Assembly (NCBI GenBank): GCA_032718475.1
Contig: JAUCBJ010007922.1
Coordinates: 1-52,046, forward strand
DNA: 52,046 bases
Direction: 5' to 3'
DNA from: Nemertoderma westbladi
Lineage: Eukaryota > Animalia > Xenacoelomorpha
In this document: positions 9,244-20,210 of the stretch, piece by piece
Layout of the letters: each line of letters begins with the position of its first letter
Position numbering within the stretch: position 1 is the stretch's first letter
The notes under the pieces: generated by a model
What the model saw: only the letters and a program-made list of their open reading frames with translations
Told to the model about the DNA's origin: nothing
The model's database searches: none
Translations under genes and position numbers: made by a program

Positions 9244-9771
9244 ATGTCAGATTCTGATTTGTTTAAATTATATAGCACCCCACAAATCCAACTGGGAAGC
9301 GGGAATTATAGCGATATACCCGTTTTTAAGGGTGGAAGCATTCTCCCGGGGTTTGGCCCATCTACTGGTATATGGAATAATAAGAATAATAAATTCGGGC
9401 GGCGATACACCCAAAATCGCCAGCGCGGACGCGGAATATTAACAACTGGTCTGGGTATATTAGCCCGCAAGTTAGGGAGAAAGGTGCTAACTAAGGCACT
9501 CCCCAAAGCAGCGAAAGTAGCACGGAAATACATAATACCGGAAGGAAAACGTATTTTACGCAGTAAAGCAGATGATTTGATAAATAAAGTGGCCGAGCGG
9601 TTAGAACCTCATCCAAAGACTCGCCAAATCGCCCAACGGGTATACAATGAATTTACAAACCCGAAAAGTAAAAAAAAGAGGAGCAGGAAACGACGACACC
9701 CAAGTGTGGGTATGAACGTTGGGCGCAAACGTAAAAAGCGAAATAATAAATGCCGCGATATTTTTATGTAA
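9244..9771 (+). CDS. Basic putative virion core precursor
   Basis: QLGSG, FKGGS, QRGRGILTTGLGILARK (QxGxG protease-site-like motifs), Arg/Lys-rich C-terminus, directly upstream of major capsid gene. Confidence 0.75.
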   Translation: MSDSDLFKLYSTPQIQLGSGNYSDIPVFKGGSILPGFGPSTGIWNNKNNKFGRRYTQNRQRGRGILTTGLGILARKLGRKVLTKALPKAAKVARKYIIPEGKRILRSKADDLINKVAERLEPHPKTRQIAQRVYNEFTNPKSKKKRSRKRRHPSVGMNVGRKRKKRNNKCRDIFM

Positions 9772-9780
9772 CTTAACAAA

Positions 9781-11031
9781 ATGAGTAAATTAGAATTATC
9801 ATTATTCTCAAGTAAAACAAATCAGCGAGAATATACATCTTCACATTTTTCGGATATCTACCCGATTTCTACTCTTGACGCGAATGCCCGACAAATCGAG
9901 TTCTTTATACCCCAGTCAAATGTTCTATATACTGATTTAAAGAATTCGAAATTTCACATTAAATATAAAATTACATGGGATGGTAATAGGGCTAACGACG
10001 ATACAACCCTCCACCATCTTAATTACCCGGGTGGGTCACTATTTGAAAATTGTTCGTTATATTTAAATGAAAAGCTAGTTGAAACCTCGAATGGGTTCTA
10101 CGCCTATAAGTCTACGTTTCAGACATTACTGTTGACAGATGCTAACGAAAAACGCAGTATTTTAAGAGCTGGTGGGTATGAAGATACTGATAATAATCTA
10201 GGTGGGGTACCTGTCGCTACTGAGAATGACGTTCGCGGGAATTATGTTAAATTCGTTGTGGCCCCAATTTTTTTAGACCTGGCAAGCCAGGACAAATTAC
10301 TGCCGCCGGGAATTAACATTCGACTTCGTATAGACCGAGTATCGAATAATTTTTTTTTGAAAGTTGAACCCCCCGCAGGATTGGTAAACCCGAGAGTTGA
10401 AATCATGAATATTAATTTAAAAATAAAACGCCACAAGATTGATGCCGAGGTTATGCGCGCGCATTTGTTGGGGTCACAAAAAAATGACTTTATTTATAAC
10501 TTGTTAAAACAAGAAGTGAAAACCTTCACTATTGGTGGCGGGCAGTCCAGTTATACAGAATCGAACATAATCCAAGGAAAATTACCTAAGTATATTTTGG
10601 TTGGAATGCTTACCAACGCCAGCTTCAACGGGGAATTAAGCAGTAATCCGCTACATTTTAACCATTTCGGTTTAAATTATGCCGAACTAAACATCGACTC
10701 CCGTATTATACACGGATATCCATATCGCCCTAATTTTCTGGAAAACAATTTTATGTTGGAATTCGAAAGTTTAATGAACGTGTTCAAGAGCTTGAGTGGC
10801 GTATTTTGCTCGCTAACACCTGAACGGTTTCGTACCCAATTTCCTTTGATCGTATTCGATCTTACTGCGGGAGGCGACCAAAGCCATGAGATTCAACCTA
10901 GTATTCATACAAGCGGGCATTTGATTCTGAAATTTAGTAATGCACTAGATAACACTATTAACGTTATATTAATGGCAAGCTATGACGCTCTTCTATCTAT
11001 TTCGGAAGCCAAGGAAATAATAACTGAATAA
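9781..11031 (+). CDS. Major capsid protein (double jelly-roll, Polinton PY/hexon-like)
   Basis: 416 aa; ELSLF, IEFFIP...YTDL, SLF....LYLN, YAYK, QDKLLPPG, LPKYILVG, F.G....NP..F.HF, FDLT. Confidence 0.92.
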   Translation: MSKLELSLFSSKTNQREYTSSHFSDIYPISTLDANARQIEFFIPQSNVLYTDLKNSKFHIKYKITWDGNRANDDTTLHHLNYPGGSLFENCSLYLNEKLVETSNGFYAYKSTFQTLLLTDANEKRSILRAGGYEDTDNNLGGVPVATENDVRGNYVKFVVAPIFLDLASQDKLLPPGINIRLRIDRVSNNFFLKVEPPAGLVNPRVEIMNINLKIKRHKIDAEVMRAHLLGSQKNDFIYNLLKQEVKTFTIGGGQSSYTESNIIQGKLPKYILVGMLTNASFNGELSSNPLHFNHFGLNYAELNIDSRIIHGYPYRPNFLENNFMLEFESLMNVFKSLSGVFCSLTPERFRTQFPLIVFDLTAGGDQSHEIQPSIHTSGHLILKFSNALDNTINVILMASYDALLSISEAKEIITE

Positions 11032-11095
11032 ATAAAGATCTCGCATAGTACAAAGTAAGCGAAGCCGCGCCGCCTGCGGATACGTGCACGCTAAG

Positions 11096-11539
11096 ATGTT
11101 GGACTCTATACAATTAGCGAAATTCCCGGTGGGGCCCGAATACATTGGTGTTTACGCAATCGACCAATTACACCTAATACATGCAAAAAAAAAAAATAAG
11201 CATAAACAAAATTATTCATTTATTATTAATAATCAACGTATAGGCCTACCAGGGCAACACTGGTCTTGCGTACGCGTGGTTAAGAGAATTGCTTATTATT
11301 TAGATTCGTTTGGTAAAGCTCCTCCGCCAAAAATATCATATTGGTTGCATAAATATACCCAAAGGCATACTTGGAATCGTAAAATATTTCAAGCGCCGCA
11401 ATCGACTCAGTGTGGTCTATTTTGTCTGTATTATTTAACCGAGGTGCCGAAAAATCCTGGAGCAATGAATATATTCACCTCTAATTTGCGGTACAATGAT
11501 TTATTGTTATTACTGTGGACACTTTCATTAATAAAATAA
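11096..11539 (+). CDS. Adenain-type (adenovirus-like) cysteine maturation protease
   Basis: GVYAID, IIN......GQHW, YLDSFG, Q...STQCGLFC catalytic H/D/Q/C. ATG at 11096 (ORF track starts at GTG 11084). Confidence 0.94.
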   Translation: MLDSIQLAKFPVGPEYIGVYAIDQLHLIHAKKKNKHKQNYSFIINNQRIGLPGQHWSCVRVVKRIAYYLDSFGKAPPPKISYWLHKYTQRHTWNRKIFQAPQSTQCGLFCLYYLTEVPKNPGAMNIFTSNLRYNDLLLLLWTLSLIK

Positions 11540-12073
11540 TTTATTTATTTCGGTTATGGGTATATTCAATTGCGGTGCGTGAACATATTATTAGCGCTAA
11601 TATTAATTAATAATAAATATTTATTTCTTGGGTATATAGTAATAGCAATATTTTTAATGAATATATGGGACACGACAAGTGACGCAGGTTGGGGTCTTCA
11701 CACCGTAATAATTGGTATAGAGCACATTGGGACCCAACTCTTTCCGTTATATAACAAGCATCTGCCGCCCAACCTACGCAGTTAACACAAAGGCCAGAAT
11801 CTCAATCCACGCTACGCACATTAGACAATAATTAAACGCTCTAACGACAATCAAAGGTCTGGGTTCAATTTACTCGCATATGTGGCTGGTTTCACAAAAG
11901 AAATAAACCATATATAGATACGAAGCTGAAGCGTAGATAATTAGCTAGTTCTGTTATAGTTTATTTACTATATTAACATCTGGAATAGCGATACCGAATT
12001 CACTTTATTATTAATTACATTATTAAATTATTATAAAGTTACATTATTAAATTATTATAAACAAAAACATATA

Positions 12074-12499
12074 ATGGCTACAGGCGGTGATAATAAATCA
12101 GTCTCGGAGGTTGCCACCGACAACAACCCCGTCCATCCAGCCGCCATCCAACAAATACCTGTTTCCGGTAGGGTGCCCCAAACTTACGGTGTGGGGAGTC
12201 GCGGGGGTACCATTGAACCCCTTAGAAGGCCTAATACGCCGATGGCAGCGTTGTATAGGCCTATCAATTTTTATCCGGCGATTGGTAGGCCTCTTAGGCC
12301 TATTGCCATGGTATTTCCAAATAAGCGGCCCCGAGGGCGTGGTCGTGGCTTATCGCCGTGGTTCCCCCCGGATCCGCCGCAAGAAGGGGTAGTCCCTGCA
12401 GAACCAGGTAGAATTGTTGGTGGGGTAGTCCGCCCAACTTGTGCCTGCCCCCCAAGAATGGTGGGGGAAACAAGGACGCCACCTACCACCCAACATTAA
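12074..12499 (+). CDS. Pro/Arg-rich hypothetical protein
   Basis: GC-rich island with good start context (ATAATGG) in AT-rich surroundings; RPRGRGRG. No recognised family. Confidence 0.5.
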   Translation: MATGGDNKSVSEVATDNNPVHPAAIQQIPVSGRVPQTYGVGSRGGTIEPLRRPNTPMAALYRPINFYPAIGRPLRPIAMVFPNKRPRGRGRGLSPWFPPDPPQEGVVPAEPGRIVGGVVRPTCACPPRMVGETRTPPTTQH

Positions 12500-12636
12500 T
12501 GTAAGTAATAATTTAATTTCAACAATTAATATAATAACAATAAATAATTACCAAAATTCAACAATAGTACCCGCACGCTAAAGGCTTTGCTCACTCCGCG
12601 CCGCGTAGGTACCCATATTCTAAGGCTTCGTTCGAT

Positions 12637-13211
12637 TCATGGCTCGACCTATTTTTTCATCAAATCACTGTATAACAGAATTATTGGCAATTAAAACTTA
12701 TGTTGGCATCGGACGGCGATAAGACAACTCACCGATAGCGCCTATATACCACCACCACCTACCGAAAATTAATGTAAGTAATAATTTCGAAAATTATTAT
12801 AATAACAATAATCACTTCACGGCTCGCCCCACAACTAGTTGCTTAGCAATAACTATAGAATTGTAATATTGGTGGCTGTCATTAGTTGAATACAATAACC
12901 TTACTTCGATGCTATCACTCACTTCATGGCTTGCCCCATAGGTAGAATAATCAAATTAAAATAATATTATAAATACTATAACCTTATACTCACTTCACGG
13001 CTCGCCCCATTTTTTCAATGTTGGAAAGGAATGAAGGGGACGTCGGGTGATGGTGGTAGTGGTAATGATGTTGTGGGTGAGGAAGAACTCACTTCACGGC
13101 TCGCCCCCATAAGTCTGTGTTTATTTACCTTTTTTAGTTGTTGCGTCATAACCTTACTTCGGCGCTATCACTCACACTTCGGCGCTATCACTCACTTCAT
13201 GGCTCGCCCCA
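12637..13211. repeat. Subterminal dispersed motif CACTTCA(C/T)GGCTCGCCCC, ~6 copies
   Basis: Copies at ~12637 (degenerate), 12813, 12920, 12991, 13090 and 13193, separated by mostly unrelated AT-rich sequence. Confidence 0.85.
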
Positions 13212-14021
13212 TAGGTAGAATAATCAAATCATGTTAAAGACTTTTATAATAACAAACGTCTGCAACCCACTTACTATATTGGGTTTTACCTATTGCGGTT
13301 CAAGGTCAAACGCCGACCGGTAGACACGAATTAATTAAATTACTTCCGCCTGCAAACTGGTCTTATACCGCGTATGTCACATATATACACAGCGGTGACA
13401 TATGTTACATATGCACAATGGTAACCATGGTAACCATAGTAAGTGGGTGGGGCAACAATAGTAATCATAGTAAGTAGGCGGGGCAAGAGCCGTTCGGCAA
13501 ATTCTTTAACATGGTAGACTATGGCAGACGCTGTCTCAATCACGTTGTTTAACGTACTACTTACAGGACATGTGTCATAAGCGAAAAATTTAAAAATGTT
13601 CTCTGCTCGCTTCACTCGCCATTCAATATACAGTATTATAATTTCACTATATCAAACTTGTGTATAATTATATTAATTCGATACACCCCCAGGCGGGGTA
13701 AATGGAAACCAGTAAAATTTATGTACATAAATAAATAGATAAGAAATTGAATACAATTATCAGTTATTGAGTAAACTGTTTTTTAGATGTTTTTTTTAAA
13801 TATTAAATATTCTGTTATATAATATTAAAAAAAACCGCAATAAATGATATATAATTAATAATAAATAATTATTGAAGGGGGGGGGGGGGGGGGGGGGGGC
13901 TATCTCGGTTTCATTTACCTGGGCGCCAGAAGGGCTCGCTACGCGCAGTTATTCAACTCAGATGTTTGGATGTACTTACAGCACATGCAGTGCAATACAG
14001 AGAGTGAGTACCGAGAGTGCA

Positions 14022-15166
14022 CCCTATAAGCATCAATCAACACGTCGAAAACACGTGGATACGACGTAATTATTTGACGTCAACGTGTTGAAAATGACGT
14101 CCTGGCCACGTGTATTTTGAAAGTGTCAATGTCAAACACGTGTTTGAGCACGTCAAACCATGACGTGCTACAGTTTACGTCAAATGACGTGCTAAACACG
14201 TACCAATAACAGACGCCAAATAACTACACCACAAGCACGTACACATCGCTTTTTACATCGCTTAAGCCCCGTTCACATTCAACGGTGCGTGAGCGGTAAA
14301 GTAGTCTGGCGGTATTGAAGCGGTAAGCCAGCCAGCCAGCGGTACACTACCCGGAGCCCGTTCACACCCAACGGTACCGTTGCGGTAACTGATTGTCTAT
14401 CTGTGGACACTGTGAATTCAACAGGAAATAACATTAATTGTTTTAACATTGTTTAAATGGGCTGTGGTGCTGTGGTAAACCTCGCGGTTTAGCGCACAAC
14501 TACCTGTTGGGTCGTTCCCAGTCAGCAGTGTACCGCTGGCCCTGCGGTACACCGCGCGGTGTCCCGTTCCATTGGGTGTGAACGGGCCCTGTGAACGGGA
14601 GTGATCCATGAGAGTTATGATTGAAATTGATTTTACTTTCTTGATGGTGTTTGTTGATACTATAATAAAGAAAAAACATCATTATACTGTATAATGTAAC
14701 CAACGGACGATAAATTTAATATCCGAATAAATTGTTAATTAACAACTAATACACACAAATTAAAATGGCACTGATATATTTAGCACAAGTTTGATTTGGA
14801 AATGAAAATAAATAGAAAAATTACAAGATAGAGGGGAAACAATTATTGGTAAAGATAATAGGGGCGTCTTACTATTTTCAACTATTTAATCTGAAAGTGG
14901 TTTCCGACTATTTTATACGCTAGAAATCGATTGTGCCGATTCATTTCATGCCGTCAAGACGTGTTCAAGACGTCATTGTAGGTAATTATTTCCACCATGT
15001 ATAAAAGTCTCATACAGGAACGTGTCAACAAGATGTGTTCAAGACGTAATTTTACGTAATTACGTCAACAATCAAAACTTTGAGTTCTTGCAACAAACAT
15101 AATTGACGTAAAATGACGTCCACATACTTGTTGAGGTGTAAAATTAGACGTCAAATGCTTATAAGG
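14022..15166. mobile_element. Probable non-autonomous DNA transposon (MITE) with ACGTC-rich subterminal repeats
   Basis: Ends CCCTATAAGCAT / ATGCTTATAAGG form an inverted repeat (1 mismatch); many GACGT/ACGTC/CACGTG motifs near both ends. Confidence 0.55.
14266..14599. mobile_element. Small nested MITE with doubled inverted repeats (PIF/Harbinger-like)
   Basis: GCCCGTTCACACCCAA (14356-14371) pairs with TTGGGTGTGAACGGGC (14572-14587). CCCGTTCACA (14268) pairs with TGTGAACGGG (14590). Preceded by TAA. Confidence 0.6.
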
Positions 15167-15845
15167 CAGGAGAGAGTACAAGAGATAATTTACTATAATC
15201 TGTAACACTCCAGCCGCTGATGGTCTTGGGCAGAAGTCAGAAAGAATGATTTTGTCGCACTGCGGCATATTCATACAGTATGTAAACAAAAGTCCTCAAG
15301 CAGTCAAGAAACCGTAAAGTGAAAATTGTGCTGATTGGCTGGGAAAATAACATGGAGGCTACGGGACAAAGAAAAATACTGGCCAATGGCTGGTGATTTC
15401 GTCACTATAGCTCTGTACCAAAATAAATACTGCCACACTGTCAGTTTTAGAGTAGTTCGCGTAATTGCACAAAAACGACACATTTTTGCTGGAAAAGATT
15501 TAACTCGTATTGACCAGTACCTGTTTGTAGGCTTCCAGTTGTATCGATAACATCACTGTAAACAACCGTCAGAGTGTAGTGTCATCAGAGTCTTCTTCCA
15601 CATCCGCAAAATCCAACATCACACTGCGGATCGACCGATTTCCGGTCCGATTATTCCGTTCGGTACGCTTCGGTACGTTAGGTTGCCGAATATGGCTTAT
15701 TCAGTTCCGGCCGAATTTTAAAATTTGAGTTGCCGAATATTCGGCACAAATTACTACGGTCAGACGGTAGAAGCAACATGGCTGTAAGAAATTAAATAAG
15801 ACAGTTTGCAACTGTGTGGTTTGGTATGCCTTATTTTTGGTCCAT

Positions 15846-16003
15846 AATAATTATTTATTACATTGGAAAAAGTATAACTTTTTTCACTTTTCTCGAGGAA
15901 TTTTATTTACCGATCGCTAGCGAGGTTGATAACAAGACGAGTGAATAGTGAAAAAATGTTCTACGTTTTTTTTTACCATGTAATACGTAATTTTATTCCT
16001 AAG
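15846..16003. repeat. Dispersed repeat; inverted homolog at 20725-20880
   Basis: TATTTATTACA..TTTTTTCAC..TCTCGAGG..TTTTATTTACCGA..AGCGAGGTT..GTAATACGTAATTTTATTC matches the reverse complement of 20725-20880. Confidence 0.8.
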
Positions 16004-17360
16004 TTGTTACTTTTCATGTGGATGTTATTTTTACTCGTTAATTATTTTATCAGCAGCGGCAGTCACACCATGTACTTATCTGGCTCAGGGTGTTTCAACT
16101 TTGCAGCAATATGACTTTCCAGCCCAATGCTGTACAGAATAATTCTTCCCCATTCCATGGGTTGATTGGTTTACCGTGATATACCTGTCCCCACTTGAAC
16201 TATCATTGAGTTGGGGTATGTTTTGTCAAGTGTTGAGCCATTGTAAAGGATTTCTTGTGCCTTCCGCACGATAAGATCCTAAACGGCTTTTAAAATTATC
16301 TCAAAATGTTTCCAAGTGCAAACACAATTCGTTTAATGTTTTGGTTTATCGGTTGAGATGACTGACTTGAACTAGCTCACATAAAACACGGTCCTACGAC
16401 CTGACGACGACTTTTATATTACGGACTTCCACAACCCTTTCAAGATAGTACAAAAACACAGTGATTTTTATTTTCCAGATGTTATTAAATGTCTTCCTTT
16501 GGATAAAAAATAGTGTACTATACGTAACACCATACAAAAATCCTCTGGGAAGAGGGAAAAAGAGAAACCGGATGAGGGGTGCTTTGGGTCCGTTATGAAC
16601 CAAAGTATTGCCTCGAAAAATAATAAAAAAAATTACAATCCAAATAATTGTAACCAAAATTATAATACACAAAATATAGTAAGTATTTTAGTCGTTTTTG
16701 GGCTAAAATACTTAACAGTCAAAAAAGGTCTAATATGTCGTATTCTAAGTCGTAATATACTTGGTGCGGCTTCACGCTATTGGACAACTTGGCAATAGTG
16801 CAAACACCAGGTAACTTACTGTGTCTGTGTCCAAACGGGGTGGGACCGATTGGAATCAGGAAGTTACTGTTAGCTGCTACTTGTCTTAGTGGCTACTTAA
16901 TAATATCGTATTTCGACCGTTGAAGCCTTCCAGCGTTCCAGCCTTCAGCTTTCTTACCTTATTTAAATAGTCAAAATATTGTAGAAAGCTTTCTTTAGTT
17001 GGTTGATCGTTAACAATAAACGTCACCAAACTGACAGACTGATACGCCTTCTCATACGTTTCTTTGCTACTAATGGTAATTGTTGACATTATTATAGTCT
17101 GACTGTCTGATAGTAGGCCCTCCTATCAGCCTATTTCAGTATTTCATCAACAACTAATCAATAGGCCTACTTCGTACAGTCGTACTCTGCTTCTGCTACT
17201 GTCCGAGCCCGACACTGGACACTGTGTCTGACAATCAGCAATGCCAATGACTGATCAGCAATGCAGCGATGTCCAGACCAGACAGCCAGATGTCTGACAG
17301 TTGAAAGTCTCATGCATATTATATTTTAAGTGTCTGAGTGTTGTACGGGGAGGTGCGATA

Positions 17361-19934
17361 ATGGAAAAAAGTAATTCGCATTGTGCTGGACAACTTTACA
17401 GTGGGTCTGGGGAGGTGGATTCGGCAATGGGAGACGCATTCGATAATTCTAACAACGTATTCCAAAACGAACCACCCACACATACCAGTACCGGTAACGG
17501 TAACACAGTAACAGCACCGGTTCCGCTACCGGTACATCATCATTATAAATTCAGCACTTTTGGAGACATAGGCCTAATGACCTATTCCAACACAGATTCT
17601 GTAGACGATATGGATACGGGTTCTTTTGATAACGAAGGCACTTTAATTGTGGGTAAAACTTTCTTTACAACAGTAACTAAAGACGCAGTGTTTACAGCGG
17701 GAACTAAAGACGCCGCGTTTACAACTGGAACTAAAGACACCGCGTTTACAGCGGGAACTAAAGACGCCGCGTTTACAACTGGAACTAAAGACGCCGCGTT
17801 TACAACGGGAACTAAAGACGCCGCGTTTACAGCGAGAACTAAAGACGCCGTGTTTACAGCGGGAACTAAAGACACCGCGTTTACAGCGGGAACTAAAGAC
17901 GCCGCGTTTACAACGGGAACTAAAGACGCCGCGTTTACAACGGGAACTAAAGACGCCGCGTTTACAACGGGAACTAAAGACGCCGCGTTTACAACGGGAA
18001 CTAAAGACGCCGCGTTTACAACAGGAACTAAAGACGCCGCGGTTACAGCGGGAACTAAAGACGCCGCGTTTACAACGGGGACTAATGAAGCCGCGTTTAC
18101 AACGGGAACTAAAGATGCCGCGTTTACAACAGGAACTAAAGACGCCGCGTTTACAACGGAAACTAAAGACGCCGCGTTTACAACGGGAACTAAAGATGCC
18201 GCGTTTACAACAGGAACTAAAGACGCCGCGTTTACAACGGAAACTAAAGACGCCACGTTTACAACGGAAACTAAAGACGCCGCGTTTACAACGGGAACTA
18301 AAGACGCCGCGTTTACAACAGGAACTAAAGACGATGATGTCTCATTGGAATCGCTACCCCTGACAATATACCTAAAGACTTCGCCCAGTCGGACAAAAAT
18401 ACTCAATAAATTCCGGGAAGAGAATGAATGCGGAACGTCTGGTGTGAAACCCGGAGTGTTGGGCCGGGATTGTTCCACCTGTAAACGGGGATTCACGCGA
18501 TACTCCTCGTTGAAACTCCACATCCGCAACGCGCACTTAAAGCGCAGAGTTTATCAGTGCGATAAATGCGAGAAACATTTTACATACCAGAGCAGTTTAA
18601 ACCATCACGAACAGAGCGCTCACGGTGATGGCAAGGTGCGATACAGTTGCGGTTATTGCGACAAACAATTCGCAACTAAATCCTACGCGAGGTTGCACAG
18701 CAGGTCCGTGCATGAGAACGCGGGATTCAGTTGTCGTCTTTGCGGTAAAGCTTTCACAACCTCGACGGCTCTCCGCAATCATACCGACTCGATCCACACC
18801 GGGTTGAAGTACAACTGCCCAGAATGCCCCAAAGTGTTTAACTTCAAGTTGAATCTCGTTACTCACGTGAAGACAACCCACGAGCACTCCGCGTTGAAAT
18901 GCACCGAGTGCGATAAATCCTATCCCATTTCTTCGAGACTTAAATTCCATGTGGACAGCGTCCATCGCGGTATCAGGTATCCCTGTTTGGTCTGCCCCAA
19001 AACGTTTCTACGGAAAGTAAATCTAAAACGCCATAACGCGTTTATCCACGAAAAATCCGGGTTCACATGCGAACAATGCGATAAGTTGCTGTCCAGTAGA
19101 TCCGCGCTCAAGAAGCACACTAAGGCGGTGCACACCGGCGGTGGCGATAAGAAGTGTTCGTGTCAGCAGTGCGGGAAGTGGTTCAAAGAGACGCGATACC
19201 TCCGTTCGCACGTCCGAACCACGCACAGCCGCGCAGTAGCGCATCCCTGCCCTCGCTGCGACGCGAAACTCGCCACTAAATTCCGATTGGCGCGACACAT
19301 TCGCGAGAAACACGAGGGCGCGCGATACGCCTGCGAGCATTGCGACAAGTCCTACCTGATGGCCTGGCAACTGACGCAACACGTGAAAGTCGCGCACGAG
19401 AACGCGAGACTCGAGTGCGCCGATTGCACTAAGTCGTTTCGTAATCGTTGGCAACTCAATCATCACACGAAGACTTCGCACGAAGGTCTGCGTTTCTGTT
19501 GCCCGCAGTGCAGTAAAGCGTTCACAATGAACGCCTATCTCAATAAACATATAAAATCAGCTCACGAAGGCTGCGGATTCAAGTGCACTCATTGCGATCG
19601 TTCGTTTATCTGTAAAGGCGACGTGAAGCGGCACATCGCCACTATCCACGAACAGTTCGTTAAGTTCGACTGCGAGTTGTGCGATAAAGCGTTCAACCGG
19701 AAAAGCAACCTTAAGAAGCACCGCGCCTCGGTGCACGAAGGGTTGCGGTACAACTGCCCCTCCTGCGCGAAAACCTTCAGCGAGAAGTCCAAACTCCGGC
19801 AGCACATTGGGGCGAGCCATCAGGGGCTGTCGCACGAGTGCGAGCATTGTAGTAAGTCGTACGGCACTAAGTGGCATCTTACTAGACACACCAGGACTCA
19901 TCACGCACAACTTGTAGGAGGCCTACTTCATTAG
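17361..19934 (+). CDS. Multi-C2H2 zinc-finger protein (17 fingers) with N-terminal 9-aa tandem repeat
   Basis: Seventeen Cx2C-x12-Hx3-4H units, mostly Hx4H with HE/HEG-type linkers. First ATG 17361; a possible splice acceptor TTTTAAG at 17330 means an upstream exon cannot be excluded. Confidence 0.92.
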   Translation: MEKSNSHCAGQLYSGSGEVDSAMGDAFDNSNNVFQNEPPTHTSTGNGNTVTAPVPLPVHHHYKFSTFGDIGLMTYSNTDSVDDMDTGSFDNEGTLIVGKTFFTTVTKDAVFTAGTKDAAFTTGTKDTAFTAGTKDAAFTTGTKDAAFTTGTKDAAFTARTKDAVFTAGTKDTAFTAGTKDAAFTTGTKDAAFTTGTKDAAFTTGTKDAAFTTGTKDAAFTTGTKDAAVTAGTKDAAFTTGTNEAAFTTGTKDAAFTTGTKDAAFTTETKDAAFTTGTKDAAFTTGTKDAAFTTETKDATFTTETKDAAFTTGTKDAAFTTGTKDDDVSLESLPLTIYLKTSPSRTKILNKFREENECGTSGVKPGVLGRDCSTCKRGFTRYSSLKLHIRNAHLKRRVYQCDKCEKHFTYQSSLNHHEQSAHGDGKVRYSCGYCDKQFATKSYARLHSRSVHENAGFSCRLCGKAFTTSTALRNHTDSIHTGLKYNCPECPKVFNFKLNLVTHVKTTHEHSALKCTECDKSYPISSRLKFHVDSVHRGIRYPCLVCPKTFLRKVNLKRHNAFIHEKSGFTCEQCDKLLSSRSALKKHTKAVHTGGGDKKCSCQQCGKWFKETRYLRSHVRTTHSRAVAHPCPRCDAKLATKFRLARHIREKHEGARYACEHCDKSYLMAWQLTQHVKVAHENARLECADCTKSFRNRWQLNHHTKTSHEGLRFCCPQCSKAFTMNAYLNKHIKSAHEGCGFKCTHCDRSFICKGDVKRHIATIHEQFVKFDCELCDKAFNRKSNLKKHRASVHEGLRYNCPSCAKTFSEKSKLRQHIGASHQGLSHECEHCSKSYGTKWHLTRHTRTHHAQLVGGLLH
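17676..18332 (+). repeat. 27-bp coding minisatellite, ~24 copies (TKDAAFTTG)
   Basis: Consensus ACTAAAGACGCCGCGTTTACAACGGGA, in frame within the zinc-finger ORF. Confidence 0.97.
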
Positions 19935-20006
19935 ATAATGTTCTAGAATAATTATATTTTGTTGTGGTAAACTATTTAAAATTGGTCAAATTTTATACCA
20001 GTTTGG

Positions 20007-20210
20007 GCGAGATGTACCGGAATTCCGGCCCTTTTTGACCGAATCCGGTTCCGGCCGGAACGACAGAGATTCAAACAATAAAATATAACCCCCCCATCCC
20101 CTATATATTTCCTGGATCCTTTGAGACCCACGCGTTATTTTACTGAAATTTCCGGCATTTGCAATTCCGGTTCCGGCCAGAACCAAAATCCCAATTCCGG
20201 TACATCCCTA
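20007..20210. mobile_element. Small MITE, hAT-like end (…CATCCCTA)
   Basis: GATGTACCGGAATT (20011-20024) / AATTCCGGTACATC (20193-20206) perfect inverted repeat; internal TTCCGG repeats. Confidence 0.65.

Larger units (their letters stand above)
1..13561 (+). mobile_element. Polinton/Maverick (adintovirus-like) element P1; left end outside window
   Basis: Full core gene set on one strand (pPolB, A32-like ATPase, rve integrase, 2 minor capsid, major capsid, adenain protease). Candidate right terminus TACTACT at 13555-13561 (reverse complement AGTAGTA, same as the start of P2), followed by unrelated host-type repeat sequence. Exact end less certain than identity. Confidence 0.93.

Noticed and set aside
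11570-11785. 71-aa hydrophobic ORF after the protease
   Set aside because: TTG start, hydrophobicity explained by AT-rich sequence, no homolog visible in the window.
12637-13211. CRISPR-like repeat-spacer array
   Set aside because: Repeat only ~18 bp, spacer lengths irregular and partly duplicated, no cas genes.
13876-13899. Poly-G run as Polinton terminus or G-quadruplex element; ORF 13872-14069
   Set aside because: Lies beyond the ACTACT end in host-type repeat sequence; homopolymer length unreliable; the ORF is a poly-Gly artefact.
17582-18529. 315-aa minus-strand ORF (VNAASLVPV)n and 18085-18363 alternative-frame ORF
   Set aside because: Shadows of the stop-free 27-bp minisatellite.
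18597-19910. Several antisense/alternative ORFs over the zinc-finger array
   Set aside because: By-products of GC-rich coding sequence; no motifs.
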